DNA of 64,000 nt from Amoebidium appalachense. Taxonomy: Eukaryota > Protista > Ichthyosporea. Made by a program: the position numbers and the translations under genes. The notes under the pieces were generated by a model. It searched no databases. It saw nothing but the letters and a program-made list of their open reading frames with translations, and was not told where the DNA came from. Below are positions 28,202 to 42,700 of this stretch, in pieces (position 1 is the first letter of the stretch; every line of letters begins with the position of its first letter). The stretch covers positions 3,967,716 through 4,031,715 of the forward strand of contig CAVNZM010000005.1 of assembly GCA_963693365.1 (NCBI GenBank), read 5' to 3'.

Positions 28202-29059
28202 AACTTATCTTATTCCCATGGGCTGTGGAGAAACCAGTGCAGGTGTGGGTATAAATAGTGCGAAGGAAGAAAGGAAATGCGAGTATCTATATGTGAACAC
28301 TTGTGAAGAAGGGAGGGCTTGAAACGAACATATACTATTTGCTGATCGGTGGGGAACTTCAAACCCAGATTGCTTCCGTTGAGGCTGAGTTGGAGAGGAT
28401 ACAGAAAGAGCGAACTGCGAGTGTGGACACACCCCAACCAGCAAGCCTGCTTGATTGATCACGGATCAATATTTTTTTTTAAAAAGTTGATGGTCTACTG
28501 TTGATAAAGTCTGTGGCTTAGTGGGCCAATGAATACTTGGGTTCTATTGCATGAACGAAATAAGTGCTTGAATGTGCGAGTTGTGGGCTTAAAGCTTCGA
28601 CTGGTATGTTTGGTTTGAATATGTTTGCATATACTTTTTGTTGGAGACAAGACGCAGGCTAGCGGTGCTTGTGTGAATATAGTGTCCGTGGCACAATTTT
28701 GTGACCGTCATGGATGTGCATGTTGTGTGATTGCTCGCAAAGTGCCCTTCAGGGCTACTACTACGACGGAATTTCAAAGCAGACGAACACCATTTGCTAC
28801 CGTTTTACAGTGAGCCTTACACGCATTCAAACGTTTCTCTTGTGCGCAAAGTTATAGATAAACCTGTGTATAGCTTACTAATAGACAGCTGAAATACGTT
28901 TATAGCGAACAAAGGTGCTCGGACATACGTGAGTGGCTGGAGTGTAGGAGAAGGCATGGGGAACCGTGTGCACCGGTGTCACCAATCATGTGGCCCAGAT
29001 AACGAAGTAATTAAAAAGGTGATCATTTTTACCATAGGCCATGTGGGCAGGGGCACTAC

Positions 29060-29090
<31 letters not shown>

Positions 29091-29110
29091 ACACACTTCC
29101 CCATAGCCTT

Positions 29111-29171
<61 letters not shown>

Positions 29172-29645
29172 ACACACACACGAACACGTCCTAGTGGCAC
29201 CACAGCACGACCGACACTACGTACACCACGACTTCCAGATTTGGTTCCCAACTCCAACCACTCAAACTTTTTAATAGGATTTTAAAACATAATAACTTGC
29301 AACACACAAAACACACCGTCTAGCATATCTTGGCAAGTTACAACGTTTTTGTGTGTTTCACTCGATTATGCGCGAAAAGGAAAAGGTCAGTAAATATATC
29401 ACACGTGGCCACCTTCTTCAGCAACAGTTGTGCTCCATGTCATTCAATGTTTGAACCTTGGCTAAACTTTAATAAGCAAGCATCATGTGGGCTATCAATG
29501 TACACACCAGACATAAATTTTGTGTTTGAGAAACCACGCTTATGAAGCCACAGAGAGAGCAAGCGATATGCACACATGATGATAGGCAGAGTTCGAATCC
29601 GGCCAAGAATCCGCGAATTACAACATACTCGAGTTCAAGTGAATC

Positions 29646-29837
29646 AGGGGGGTTTACGCTGTTTACTCGAGGCAAAGAGAGACCAGTCTCAGGTATGGGG
29701 GGGTTTTGCTCGGAATATCCCCTAGCGGTATATCATGATCACGTACATAGATGTCGGGTGATCGACTGTATACCAGGGATTACTTTCTCTACGAAACACC
29801 ATAAAGACTAAGAAAAATCAATTAGTTGGGGCTCCCC

Positions 29838-29845
<8 letters not shown>
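29646..29845 (+). mobile_element. ~195-bp SINE-like repeat, copy 1
   Basis: Near-identical to 50016-50213 (GGGGTTTACGCTGTTTACTCGAGGCAAAGAG...TTGGGG[C/T]TCCCCGTTTT). A B-box-like GTTCGAATCC lies upstream at ~29591-29600. Confidence 0.8.
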
Positions 29846-29874
<29 letters not shown>

Positions 29875-29915
29875 TTTTGTTTTAGGGCTCCCCTGGGACA
29901 CTCGGTATCAGCTGG

Positions 29916-29964
<49 letters not shown>

Positions 29965-31110
29965 CGCTAGAATTTTGTAGTGATGTGTTTCTCAAGCCAA
30001 TCAATACATCTAATAAATAGGTCGTAGTTACGCGTGTTTAGTATAAAATCAAGGATGTTGTAATTTACAGGTAGGCTATCTCTCTGGGTGTCTGTTGTGA
30101 ATGTGACGTGTGTGTGTTGTGGTATTATGTGGTCTATCAGAGTACATTTGGCGATACATGACCGTTTAAACTGGTGTGTGTGTGTGTTGTTTGGGCATGC
30201 AAACGATGACACCTTATACTTATTAGATCTCCACTGTATTGATAGCACGTGTACAGTAAAAGCGTGGTAATTGATCAATATTACCATCAGCTAGAGAAAG
30301 ACCAGTTCTACAGGAAGGTAACATGTATTTAGGTGTTATACATTTGCGAGTGCCATATTTGGCAATATGGTTAAGGCGGTCATTATATATAAACCGAGAC
30401 ATAAGGCTTAGTTTTTCAAGGTGTCTGCTTTCATCGGGTCTTGTGTCGTGTGGTATCTTTTTCCATTTGTTATATTGCGTGATCATCTTGTGATTGTGTA
30501 CATGTTTAATGAGTAAGTGGCAGTGCAAAGTCACACGCACACTTTTGCGGGGTTTATATGTATTTGTGCCCGGGGGAGAAGGAGAGAGAGAGGGAAGGAA
30601 AGAGGGGAGAGGCGAGGAGGGGACAGGTCGAATAGAGGAGAGAGGGTGGGAGGGCAAATACTTCTTTAAGCGGCTTATGTGCTTATTGAATTTCAGCGCG
30701 AGATGGGATACTCTAGCAGCTATTGGGACCAGACCATATATCGAGAGCAACAGGCCCAGGTTTACAACAGTTGTTAGATAGAAAGGAGGCAACTTCTGCT
30801 TCAAGGAAATTCGCCAAGGGTTTAAGCGCTCTAGTTCTCTCTTTCTTGATCCAAGCGGCGAGAAGGGGTAAACCATATATATTCACATGCCAGGAAGACA
30901 AAAGTGCGAATAAATGTAAGTCTAATAGAAGGATGGAGGGGTGTGTCTTTAAAAAAATTAGCCGAGAAGAAATTAACCGCTTACGAGCCAACTCTACCCT
31001 CTTTTCGACCATATGGGAAAACATAACACCAACAGAATTAACCGGAACACCAAGATATTTGTATTCTGGAACTATAGGTACAGGTTTAGACTATAGGTAC
31101 AGGTGAATCA
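29846..31110 (-). mobile_element. Decayed, 5'-truncated non-LTR retrotransposon (LINE) fragment: end of RT domain plus C-terminal region
   Basis: The minus strand near 31085-30985 reads KPVPIVPEYKYLGVPVNSVG..RVELARKR, the YKYLG motif of non-LTR RT. It is followed by frameshifted pieces (IYGLPLLAAW; LPSCRTG; CTLIDHII), then (CA)n and a long A-run on the minus strand (T-run 29839-29873) that may be its tail. Confidence 0.7.
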
Positions 31111-31716
31111 GTGATAACCATATAAGGTTAGTTGTCGAGCATATACAGAGTACTACTGAACTATTATAAAATTCATTAAGGCCTTCAAGGCTCTAATAAA
31201 CATTACTAGAGGGTCCTGGAGTTATTTTTTGTCATAAATACGAATCGCACGAGAGGTTTGCGTTTGCAGTCGACCCCAAACATGTCGACAGAAATGGTCT
31301 CCGGTAGCATGCTGGTTCTATTTGCCAATCGTTGCGCTCTTGTGGTACACTTATAGCCAACCAAAACGTGTATCACAGGTAAGCCCTGATCTATTCGTGC
31401 TAAATCATGCATATAGTTTGCCTCTTTTGAAGACATTCCATTCAAGATTCCGCGGCCTTCCGTGCCGCAGCTACACTTGTCTGTCGCCACACTCTCAAAT
31501 CTCACTCGGTCAGTTTCTTTTCTCCACACACTCTTTCAAGCTTAGGAAACAAAAAAACCAAAAAAAAACCTTCTTCCCTACAACGTTCTCCACGTAGGTT
31601 TTGCAGTGCGGGTAGGACTTTGTATTCCTTAGTTCTCTGTTAAGATATCTTTCTGCCTTGGTAGGCATATATGGCAGAGGGGTTCCAAAAACCTTTGGGT
31701 CAGTTTCCTCGCCACC

Positions 31717-34700
31717 ATGTTTCATTCTTGGCGTGTTTCTGTTCTTCTGGTCCTTATTGTTCTCCAGCAAGTAATTGCTGGGTGCATTAGCGAAGACAGG
31801 GACCAGTATCACTTAGGAGGTCGTGTTGTGGCCTACATAAGTAAAACAACAACGACGCCTTCCTCTTCACCCGACTCAGCCCCACAAGTCGACCTCGTCC
31901 GCACAAACAACCTAACCGACGTAACAAGCAGCGGTGAAAATGCCACAGAGACAGTTTCCAGAAACTTCATGTTTTTAAGCGACGTTTCTAGGACCATAAA
32001 AGACGCAGTAACAAATGGTGCCACACACATTGTTCTTGGCTACGTTACTGCAAATGGAGGGGTGGATGCTGCTGCTTCCTGGGCAGCTGTGCCTCTTGAC
32101 CAGCGCATGGCGGGTGCTGCGTCGTATGCACATGAGAAGGGGGCATACGTGCTCGTGGCAGCTGGTGCTGCCCCCTACGAAAACTTGCAGGCATGTGCTT
32201 CTTTCTACATTCAGGTGCTATAAAACGAAACATTGAAAAGATCGAGTACAAGAGTATGTATGTGCGTAGTTTGCTTGGCCGCATGGATGTATGTTGTGTA
32301 GCACAGGAGGAGAAAACGAAAATATTGGCACTTTCTTATTGCCTTGTCTGCACCCGCCGTTTTTCACACAAGAAAGAAAGACATACACGCCTCTTGATCT
32401 TTCTCGAGCTGTTCTTGAGCTACTGTATATTCTAATTTATGATAACCCAACCACTACTCGATTTTTGTCTATGGGGTGCCTTTGCCTTTTTCAGTTTCTC
32501 GTTACTTTTAACCTAACGCTTATCATTAACATACTCCAGAACTACGTCGAGTCAGGCATGGGTGGGTGGGGATACGGGACACTTGTGGCCACCTGGGCTG
32601 TGAGCAACGGTTTTGACGGTGTCGTATTCCACATGGACGGCCTGGTTGCAGCCACCGGGTCTACATGGATGCTGGCAGCTACGGGGGGTGCAAGGAGGGT
32701 GCTTGGCCCGGATGGTATCATTGCTCATGCCCCCACGGTATGTGCACGTTTATAAGTGAATCGAACAGATAGTGCCTTCCCACCCCCTTTTTTTGGCCCA
32801 TTTTTGTCCTCGGAGGAGTCCCGTGGGGGTCCCCCTTAGGAACTATCGTGTTCCATCAAGAACCAACTGTAACCTAGCTAGAGTGCTAATGGTGCAATCA
32901 GCTGTTAAGGTGGTGGTGGTGGTGGGGGGGGGGGGGGGGGGGAAGTAGTGTCCGTGGAGTGAATTTTGTGTGTTAAGGCATGTCTGCAACATTTATGGCT
33001 CAAAAGAAATGTGGCCATTAATTGGAAGACTGTGTGTACGTGCAGAGGGCTCGAGGGTGACTGAAATCTGTGTGGGTGTGCTTGTGTGTACGTGTCTTTT
33101 TTTGGGTTAAACTGCATAGTGCACTTAAGTGTGTTCACTTTCACAGTGTATCATTCGCATGCTCGTGCACATGTCCTGTGATGCATAGCTGGTTACAGTT
33201 GGATTCTAACAGCAGATGCGGCTACTCGTAGGGTCAGTTTTTGTGCAAACTGCCCGAGAAGACACAGCACGTTGGTATGTTTGTTTGTGTGTAAATGTGT
33301 ATGTGTGTGTGCATGGGTGTGTGCGTGTGTGTGTGCTTGTGCTTGTATCTGAAGCGGCTTGTGAGTACACATGTGTGTGTATGGCCAGAGAGGAGGCCCG
33401 GGGGGGAGGGGGAGGGGGCGCAGGGGGAGGGGGGGCCGGGGAGGGGGGCTGAATGAGTAGGGACGGGGGGTCGGGGAGGGGATGGGGCCGGAGGGGCGGG
33501 GGGAGGGGGGGGGGGGGAGGGAGGGGGGGATATTAGCCAACCACACCCCCTGCACCCACAGGCTAGCCAGCTGGCCGATGTAACGCAGGGCATGTACTAC
33601 GGGATATACCACGAGGCATCGTGCTTCATCGATTTCGTTATTGCCCGGCACTATTCCGACGAGGTGTGATACCCGGCTGTGATTTTTGAATAGCTTCCCT
33701 TCTTGCAATTTTCAAATCAAAGGCTTCTTTTTTTTTCTCAGACTGTGCCTTCACTCTTCCTACCCCCCGTTGCGAACCTTGTGCACATGCATGAGATAAA
33801 TAGAGGGAGTATTGGCTGTTGGAGAGGTAAAAAAAAGCGCCGTGTAAGGAGAAAACATAGGAAGGTGACTCCGAGTAATGGGGAGGAAGGAAGGGAGTTG
33901 TTTGAGTAGGTAGTATAAATAGTATGCTGAAGTGGTGCCGATCATTTTCTTGTGCTTGTGTGAGTATGTGGAGGTGGTACGATGGTGGGGGTGGGAGTGG
34001 TGGGGAAGGGGGAGGGGGAAGGGGGAAGGGGGGGGGGTTGGGGGTGGGGGGGGATGTGATTGGGGGAAGGCAGATCAACGAAAAATTTTGCAGCTGGAAT
34101 ATAAGTACAATATCAACAAGTGTGTTAGTACAAGTCATTTGTCTTTCCAGCTTATCAACAACAACAAACCCGTGTATATGCACCTTGTTTAAATAACCAA
34201 TACAAACTGTACACCCTCATTTCCCCCCTTTCATCAGACTCTAATCCAGCATTTTACAATCACAACACATGCAGACGGGCCTAAATCTTCACACATCATA
34301 CGAGCCACTCTTTGGTGGCCCCCAGAACCAATCAGACACCACCAGCAGCTACCAAGTGTCTGCAGCTCAGTTGGTCCAGAAGGGCATCCCACCCAACAAG
34401 GTGGTTGTAGGTGTGAGCATAGCAGGCAACACGTCAACAACAATCAACGAAACGCAGTTTAGTAGTTATGTTACAAGGTTTGTGCATCCACCCCACCCAG
34501 GGTCCCTCTTCCTCCTCTTCCCTGCCCCCTCCTCCCACCCTCTGCGCACCCCACCCCTTCCCTCGCCCTGTGTACACCCAGACCGTCATATAGGCTACTC
34601 AAGTGCATAACAGTGAAGATGGTTGGGGTGTGGGAGGGTGGAGGAGGGAAGAACGATATCTCAGTAAACGTGCTGAATAGGAAAGGAAAGGGAAGGAAAA

Positions 34701-35447
34701 CCAAGTCAGATAGACATTGTGGTGTGTGTTGTGTGTGCCGGGGGGAGGGGGGATGCAAGGGGGGGAGGGGGGTGGGGGGGGGGGGGGGGGGGGGGGGGGA
34801 GGAAGGGGGGAGGTTGCAGGAGGCAAGAAACTAATGTGGGGTGATAAAAGCGTGATTCTATTTAGGTCGGCTAGGACATAGCATGGCATGTGTGACACCG
34901 CATTCCAACCATACCGTACAACACCAGGGCCCAATCAGAGCTCAGCATGAACGTCAGCATCATGGCCTGGCACCTCTCTGACGGCACCAACACCGAAGCT
35001 TTTGATTGGCTGCGTGCTGTGGCCACCACCGTGAGACCAAACGGCACAAATGCCCCACCAATAGCCAACCAGAATGCCTTGTGTAGAACCTTCGTGAACA
35101 ATGTGAGTAGAATATGCGAGCCTTCCCCCCCCCTCCCCCCCCCCCTGCCCGCCCACTCTCTCCCAGACATACAAATACATGCTCATGCCCTCCTCCTGTC
35201 TCCCCGCCCCTTCCGATTCTCTACATCCCCCCCCCCCCCCCCCCTCCCCCCCCCCCCCCCCCCCCCAACCACCCCCCTCCCCACCCCCCCCTCCTCCCCC
35301 CCCCCCCCCCCCCCCTTCCCCAGGGAACTCGCCCTCTCCCTCGTGATTGTTCACTTTTGTGCTTGTGACATGTCAGTGAACTATCCCTCTCGGCCCAACC
35401 CTCTTCGACCTCGAAGCAGGTACCACACACGCACACGCACGCGCACG

Positions 35448-35533
<86 letters not shown>

Positions 35534-36263
35534 TAGGCATACCCCTTATCACCGTCCTGCAGGTTCCTTCACCCTCCACCTCTCCTCTCCTTACCCCTCC
35601 GCCCTACTCCCTAACCCCCCTCTCCATGTTTACATACCTTAATGCCGAATTAGTGAATTATCCTCTCCTTCCCTTCCTCCCCCTATCTTCCCTCTCCCCC
35701 CCCCCCCCCCCCCTCTCTCTTCCCCCCCCCCCCCCCCCCCACCACCACCACCACCACCACCCACCCACCCACCCCCCACGGGCCGCTGCACTAGCGTTTT
35801 CTCCTAGCTACCTCCCACACAACCACTCCTACGTGCTTACCCATTACGAAAGACATGATTGTCCCAGTTAGACACTATTTACATCATTGACATGCTACAA
35901 ACTGGTTTCCGCACAAAGACAGGGGTATAGGGTTAACAGGTCAGTAAAAAACAACAAAAATCCACATAACAAACAAGGCTAATTATTCAATTGCTTGAAA
36001 CCCCACCCAGGCCGAACACCAATTATGCTATGAAGATTCTTCACCCACAAGCGACCTGGAACCCACATCCACTGTGTGCATGGGCAATGGCACCGAGTGG
36101 CTGCAGACAAATGGGTGGACCGTAGTCAGCAATGATGACCCCACACTGCTCCCAGGCAAGGTGTGCACCCACCTTTTTACCCATACCTATGCTGCCTCCC
36201 CAACCCCGCACCCCCACCCTCATCCCCATCCACCCTGTCCCCACTCCTCCCACCTCCATCCAC

Positions 36264-36300
<37 letters not shown>

Positions 36301-36428
36301 CCTCTCTCACCCCTACCACGTTCCCCAACATCCCCATCTCTCTTTCTTCGGGATTATGTGCACATAGAGTATATTCTGCTCCCATGGATACCCTGGACCC
36401 CCTTCCCTTCCTCGTGAAAAACCCCCTC

Positions 36429-36460
<32 letters not shown>

Positions 36461-36514
36461 TTCCCTTCCGTCAGCAACTCGACCCCCTCCACACTATCCC
36501 GCCCCCCACACACA

Positions 36515-36561
<47 letters not shown>

Positions 36562-36822
36562 ATTCACACACATTCAAACACGCGCGCGCGCGCACGCACA
36601 CACACACTACTTTGAACCTTCATCAAAAGCCCCCCCCCCTCCCCCCCCTTTCCCTCCCCTTCCCTCTCCCCTCCCCCCTCTCCCCCCCTCCCCCCCTCCC
36701 CCCTCCCCCCTCCCCCCTCCCCCCTCCCCCCTCCCACATAATCTCCCATTCCAACCACTCACCCAGACTTCAGCCATAAATCACAGACATTTGATCTCCC
36801 TCAGCCACACACTACTGTTCTT

Positions 36823-36906
<84 letters not shown>

Positions 36907-38841
36907 GGGCCTTCCTCTGTCACAGAGATGAATGACTACCTATCCCCTCTCCCCCCCTCCCCCCTCCCCCCCCCCCCTCCCACATAATCTCCCATCCCAA
37001 CCACTCACCCAGAGTACTGCAGCCATAAATCACAGACATTTGATCTCCCTCAGCCACACACTACTGTTCTTCCCCCCCCCCCCTCCTCCTCCCCCCCCCT
37101 CCCCCCCCCCCCCCGGGCCTTCCTCTGTCACAGAGATGAATGACTCTACCTATACCCGTTTCAAGTTCTTCCACCATCCACTTTACTCTTCCGGTTGTAC
37201 TCATATCAAACACACCTAAAAAATGAAATCAGCATGGCCAGCACAACCTCACTAACCCACTCCCCCAGGCCATCATTGCTTGCAGAGACCCGACCTTTCT
37301 TCCACCCGCCTCCAATCCATCTACAACAAACACGACCCCTTTAAACCCTTACACACCCATGCGCACCACACCCGACCCATTTCTCATCTACATCAACAGC
37401 GGTCTGAACACCACCTTAACCCATGAGGCGCTATCAGAAACCATCCAATCAGCATCGGCCAGAGGGGCAACGCACGTTGTGATTGGTGAACGGTTTGCGG
37501 CGGATCCAGGATACCAGGCAGCCGAGTGGAACCATATGAGGAGGGAGCTGAAGACGGCGACACTCAACAGCATCCATCAGAGGAATAGCTCTCTGCTTGT
37601 GCACGTGATACCCGAGCTGGTATGCTCAGAGCTCCAGCTTTACCCCTCCTCTCCCCTCCCCCCTCCCCCCCTCCCCTCCCTGCCCCATCACACACATCCC
37701 TCCCCTCCCCCCACCCAACCCTCCACCCCCCACCCCTTCCCAGCCACAACCACCACACCACCAAAACCACCAGCACCCCCATTCCCTCCCCTTCTTCGCC
37801 ATCAAAAAGCATGAAAACAATGATAACCAGACCCCCCATGTTTCATGTTCGTTACCACGTGACACCCTGCTATCTCCCAGCGTACCCCCTGTTACCCTCC
37901 CGCTTTCCATTTACATCAACCCCCCCCCCCCCCCCCCCTCCCCTCCCCTCCCCCCCCCCCCCCCCCTCTTTCTCCACTCCCTCCCACCTCCCCCCTGCCT
38001 ACCCCCCTTCTTCGTCAGAAGAATCTACCTAAGATGTTTTGGGTGACAAGGGTACAAAAGAAGAACAACGAGAAATTTGCGCCGGGGGGAGGGGGGAGGT
38101 GGAGAGGGGGAGGGGAGGGGAAGTATGGGGAATGAAAAATACGAAGGCAATCCGAAATGGACAATTCACATATTTTGCAACCAGATGTAAGAAACGGATT
38201 TAATTCAAGGAAGAAAAGAAAGATAAATCTAGCACATGAGACCGGAGAATTTGTGGTATGTGTGTGTGTGGTGCTGATGATGGCGGAGGTGGGAGGAAGG
38301 GGATTGGGGGGATATGGGTTCATCACTCTAACAAAAAATCACCTAAGAATCTCCGGCACCCGTTCCCCGAGCACTCTCCCTCCTGGACCCCCCCCTGCTC
38401 TCTCCCCTCTCTCTCATCCCCCCCCCCCCCCCCCCCCCTCCCCTCCCCCCTCCTCCCCCCCTCCCCCCCCTTCTCCCCCCCCTCCCCCCCCCCCCTCTTC
38501 CACCTTCTCATCTCTTCCTCTGAGTTGTCAACAAACCTCTTCTTTTTTTGTGACCCTATTACCCACCATTGCACATCCGCCCTTTTTAACCTGCAGATGA
38601 CGGAGATCCAGACTGCATTCATGGCAAGGTACCAGGGGGATGCGATTGGCCAGTACGTGATCAGCCAATCATATGACGGGGCCATGGTGCATTATGAGGG
38701 GGAGGATATCGATCTGCTGATCCCCTTCATGCATGCACTCAGAAGGGCATTGGGAGACAACTTGATACTGGGAATATCGGCAAAGGTGAGGGGGAGTGCA
38801 ATAGCAATGCATAGAGGGGTGTGTGTAGTTGTGATGCACAG

Positions 38842-38922
<81 letters not shown>

Positions 38923-39701
38923 CAAAGAAGGGGGGAAGGGGGGGGGAGGTAGCGAGGGAAATGGGGGGTCCGGGCGGGGGGGGGGGAGGGGGGGAGGGGG
39001 GGGGGGGGGCGAGGGGGCAAGGGGAGGGGGTTGAGAGGCAGAATTAAGGTTTGAGAAGACGGGAAGTGAGCAGGGGCCAAGGGCTGGGGGGGGGGGGGGG
39101 AGGGTTGGGGGGGGGAGGTGGGAGAACAGGGAGCATAGCATGTTTTTACAGACATGCCTATCCCTCTCTGTCTGAGTGTGTGTGTGTGTTGTGTGGCTGT
39201 GTGTGTGTGTATGTGCCCACATGCTCAAGTGCTTGGCCTGGGTCACTGGTGTACCCCTCCATCGTTGAGAGAAGCAACCTCTCCCCCACCCCCATCCCCA
39301 CCGCCCAAGTCCTTGTCCTCCTCCCCCCCCCCCCCCCCCCCCCCCAATACATACATAGTCACTAGTATTTACCACTGACATTGAGATAAATAACCGAGGA
39401 GCAATTGCACAAAAGGAAACACAGGCACTACATTGACCATCGTCATGTCCTCGTTCCCCATGTTTGCCGGAGTCATCCCCTCCCTCCCTCCCTCTCCCCC
39501 CCCCCCCCCCCCCCCCCCCCAAACACCCCACCCTCCCAACCCGTCTACCTCCCCCCCTCCCCCGACCCCTCTGCAAGCAGCAAAGCAATGTAGGGTGGCT
39601 AGCCAGCAAGGGCCTGCCTGCCGCCTGGCCGGCATTCAGCAACCAGGTGGACATCATCGACCTGCAGTTTTGGCCAGCTGCAGAGGTTGCTTTGAGGCCC
39701 G

Positions 39702-39757
<56 letters not shown>

Positions 39758-42700
39758 ATACACACACACAAACAAACCACCACCACCACCACCCACCCAA
39801 CCATTGGGAAAGAAAGAAAGAAAGAAGGCGAGGAAGAAAGAAAAGACGGAAGCCTTGAAAACAAAAACGCAGACAGACCCCCCCCCGCACAAAAACACTT
39901 GGGTGGTCAAAAAAAGCCAAAAGCAATCTACTATCCCCTGTGTAATCTTCCAACCTCCGAAACCCATTACACTACGAGAGCTCCACCTTTTTCTGGTACT
40001 TTGTACCGGGCCATGTTAAAGCACACTCTCACTGTCCCCCAACCTTCACTCCCAACATAACCATGCACAATCGCAGGAATCCGATCCAGCCTCCGATCAA
40101 GAATCCGGTTCCACCAACACAAGCACCACGCCATGCAACATATACGACAACATGTTCCTCGGTATGAACCTAGCCATGGGTGTGGTGGACTTAGTGCAGC
40201 AGGGGGTGGGTGTGGAGAAGATAGCAGTGGGGGTGGCCACCAACGTGAAGAATGCTGGCTGCATGGCTACCGTGGATCATGTGATTGACGCTCTCTACAT
40301 GTATGATTCCCCCCCGTCCCCTCCCCCCTTTTCCACTTCCCACCTTCACTCCAACCCTCCAACCCCCTCCCAGCCGAGGGCCCCCCCTCCCCCCGCTGAG
40401 GGCCCACTCCCCCACCCACCCACCCATGCATCACCACCAGGACCACCACCACCCTCCCGCCTCCCCCCGCCTCGGAGTCCTCCCCCCTTTCACCTCACCT
40501 CCCTCTTTCACTTCCCTCCTTCTTGTTCGTGTCTCTTTTCAACGTTCCGGTACCTTCACCTCGCTTGCCGTTTCCCCTCTAGCTCCCCCGCTTCCCCCCC
40601 CCCCCACCACCACCACCATGGGCAACTCCCGTACCTCCCAGTTTTTCTTTGGGCACCAATCCTCTCTGCTCCCTTACATGTTGTTTTATTCAATGATGCC
40701 CGGTTCCTTGCTTGGTTGGATTCTCCCCCCCCCCCCCCCCCCCCCCCCCCCTCCACACTCACACACACCTTCAAACTGTCTCAAAATCCCCACGTTGCCT
40801 CTTGCACAAGTGAATCCTCCCCCCCCCCCCCCCCTCCCCCCCCCCCCCCCCCCACCCCTGCACCCCCATCCTTCTCTCCATACACCTCTAAGCTCTCTCA
40901 TTTGCAATTGTCCCCACCTTCCCGTATAAGATCATTTTATTCACCTCATCCCCCCCCCCCCCCCCCCTCTCCACCCCCACCCCGCCCCTCCTTTCCCCCG
41001 TAAACTCTTCCCCACCCTCCCCCCCTCGCCACCCCACCCCACCCCCACCCCACTCCCCTCTTTCCCCCTAATTCCTCACCCTCCCCCCCCCCACCCCCCA
41101 CCCCCCTCTTCCCCCCTCTTCCATGCAGGGCGCACGACGACATTCGCTGGGAGGGGGGGTGTAAGCCTTGCCCACTACAGCACCACCAACCCTGAAACAA
41201 GTAAATGGGCGTCGGCCATAGACGGTGCCCTCACCATGCTCAGACTCGATCACATTCCTGCCAACGGCATAATGGGAGATGATTGGTCTATAGTGCCCAC
41301 CACAACGCCAGATAATTGGCCTACAGCCCCTACTACAAAGCCAGATGGTTGGTCGACAGCCCCCACAACAATGCCAGATGATTGGCCTACAGCCCCAACT
41401 ACGAAGGCAGATGATTGGTCCACAGCCCCCACCACAACGGCAGATGATTGGTCGACGATCATTCCGGTTGTGGAAACGAGTGTGGAAACGGATGGAGTTG
41501 CCACGACCCAACAGACTACGACTGGGGATATTGCTGCTCAGGTACGGCTTTAACATACTGGGAAACGCTTATGCCGGATCCCCCTCTCCGCCACCGCCAC
41601 CCCTTGCTCCCCCCCCCCCCCCCCAAAAAAAAAAAAAAAAAAAAAATAAAATAAAAAAAAACACCCACCCGCCCATCCCACCCTCCCCTCCCCTATCCTA
41701 CCCGAGAACAAAGGAGACACGTACGAGAGGGACTAATTCATGGTAGGAAATGGTGGTTAGCTATTATGTCTAGATGTATAGGTGTGTGCTTGTTTGAGTT
41801 TCTTGTCTTTCTTTTTTTCTTTTTTTGGGGTTGGGTAGGGGGGGGGGGAGAGGGGCTAGGAGCCTCCATGGGAGCTGACAGGTTCTGCCTACTCCTCCTG
41901 GTGCAGATGATGGATGGGCATGAAGGCATGATGGGCAGCCAACCAACCCCGTCTGAGGGCAGCAAAAGCCTGGCCATGCCTGGGAACATGACTGCAAAGG
42001 CTGATGGTAGGTTATACCCTTCACACTATAGCTATGTAAAAGGTTGTGTTTGTCGGTGCTGGCTCGGTGTGGGGAGGGGGAGGGGGAGGGGGGAGGGGGA
42101 GAGGGGGGGGGGGGTACTAGGTGCAGGCGCCTGCAGGTTGGAAGAAAGGAGAATGCTGGCTGGATTCCCATTGGTCGCCCTCAATGTGTAGACCATGATT
42201 GATTGGCCCACACCATGTGATTGATTACCTTGCAGAGATAGAGGGGTGTGGTGTTGGATGAGTAGGGTGTGTAGGTGGAGGGACATGGGAGATAGCAGCA
42301 TCATCGGCGGTGGTGTATGAAGTTATTGCCTGGTGTGGTTTTCCAGGGATGGGGGGCCAGGCTAAACGGGGATGGAATTGTGCCTTTTTATGGTTCGTAA
42401 GATTATGTTCTATCTCTGACAAACACCTGATTTGCAGACACAAATGCCGCCCAGCCACCCAGCACACCTCGCAACCCCATGAACCTATTTATAGCATCGG
42501 CAGCAGGAGTGATCATAACCGGTGCAGTCGGGGGTGCCGTCCTCTGGCTCACACGACGCAACCAATACGAAAACATCACGGACACAGACATAATCATAAT
42601 GACTGAAATCTCAAGCAATCTCACGCACGATCCGATCATCCCAATCGGTAACACGGCCGATGAAACCGGTGAGGGCAGTGTTGGGGGCCAAGTAGACGGG

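Noticed and set aside
33216-33274. Possible extra exon MRLLVGSVFVQTAREDTARW in the GH18-like gene
   Set aside because: Its inclusion shifts the next exon into a stop. Exons 2 and 3 join cleanly without it.
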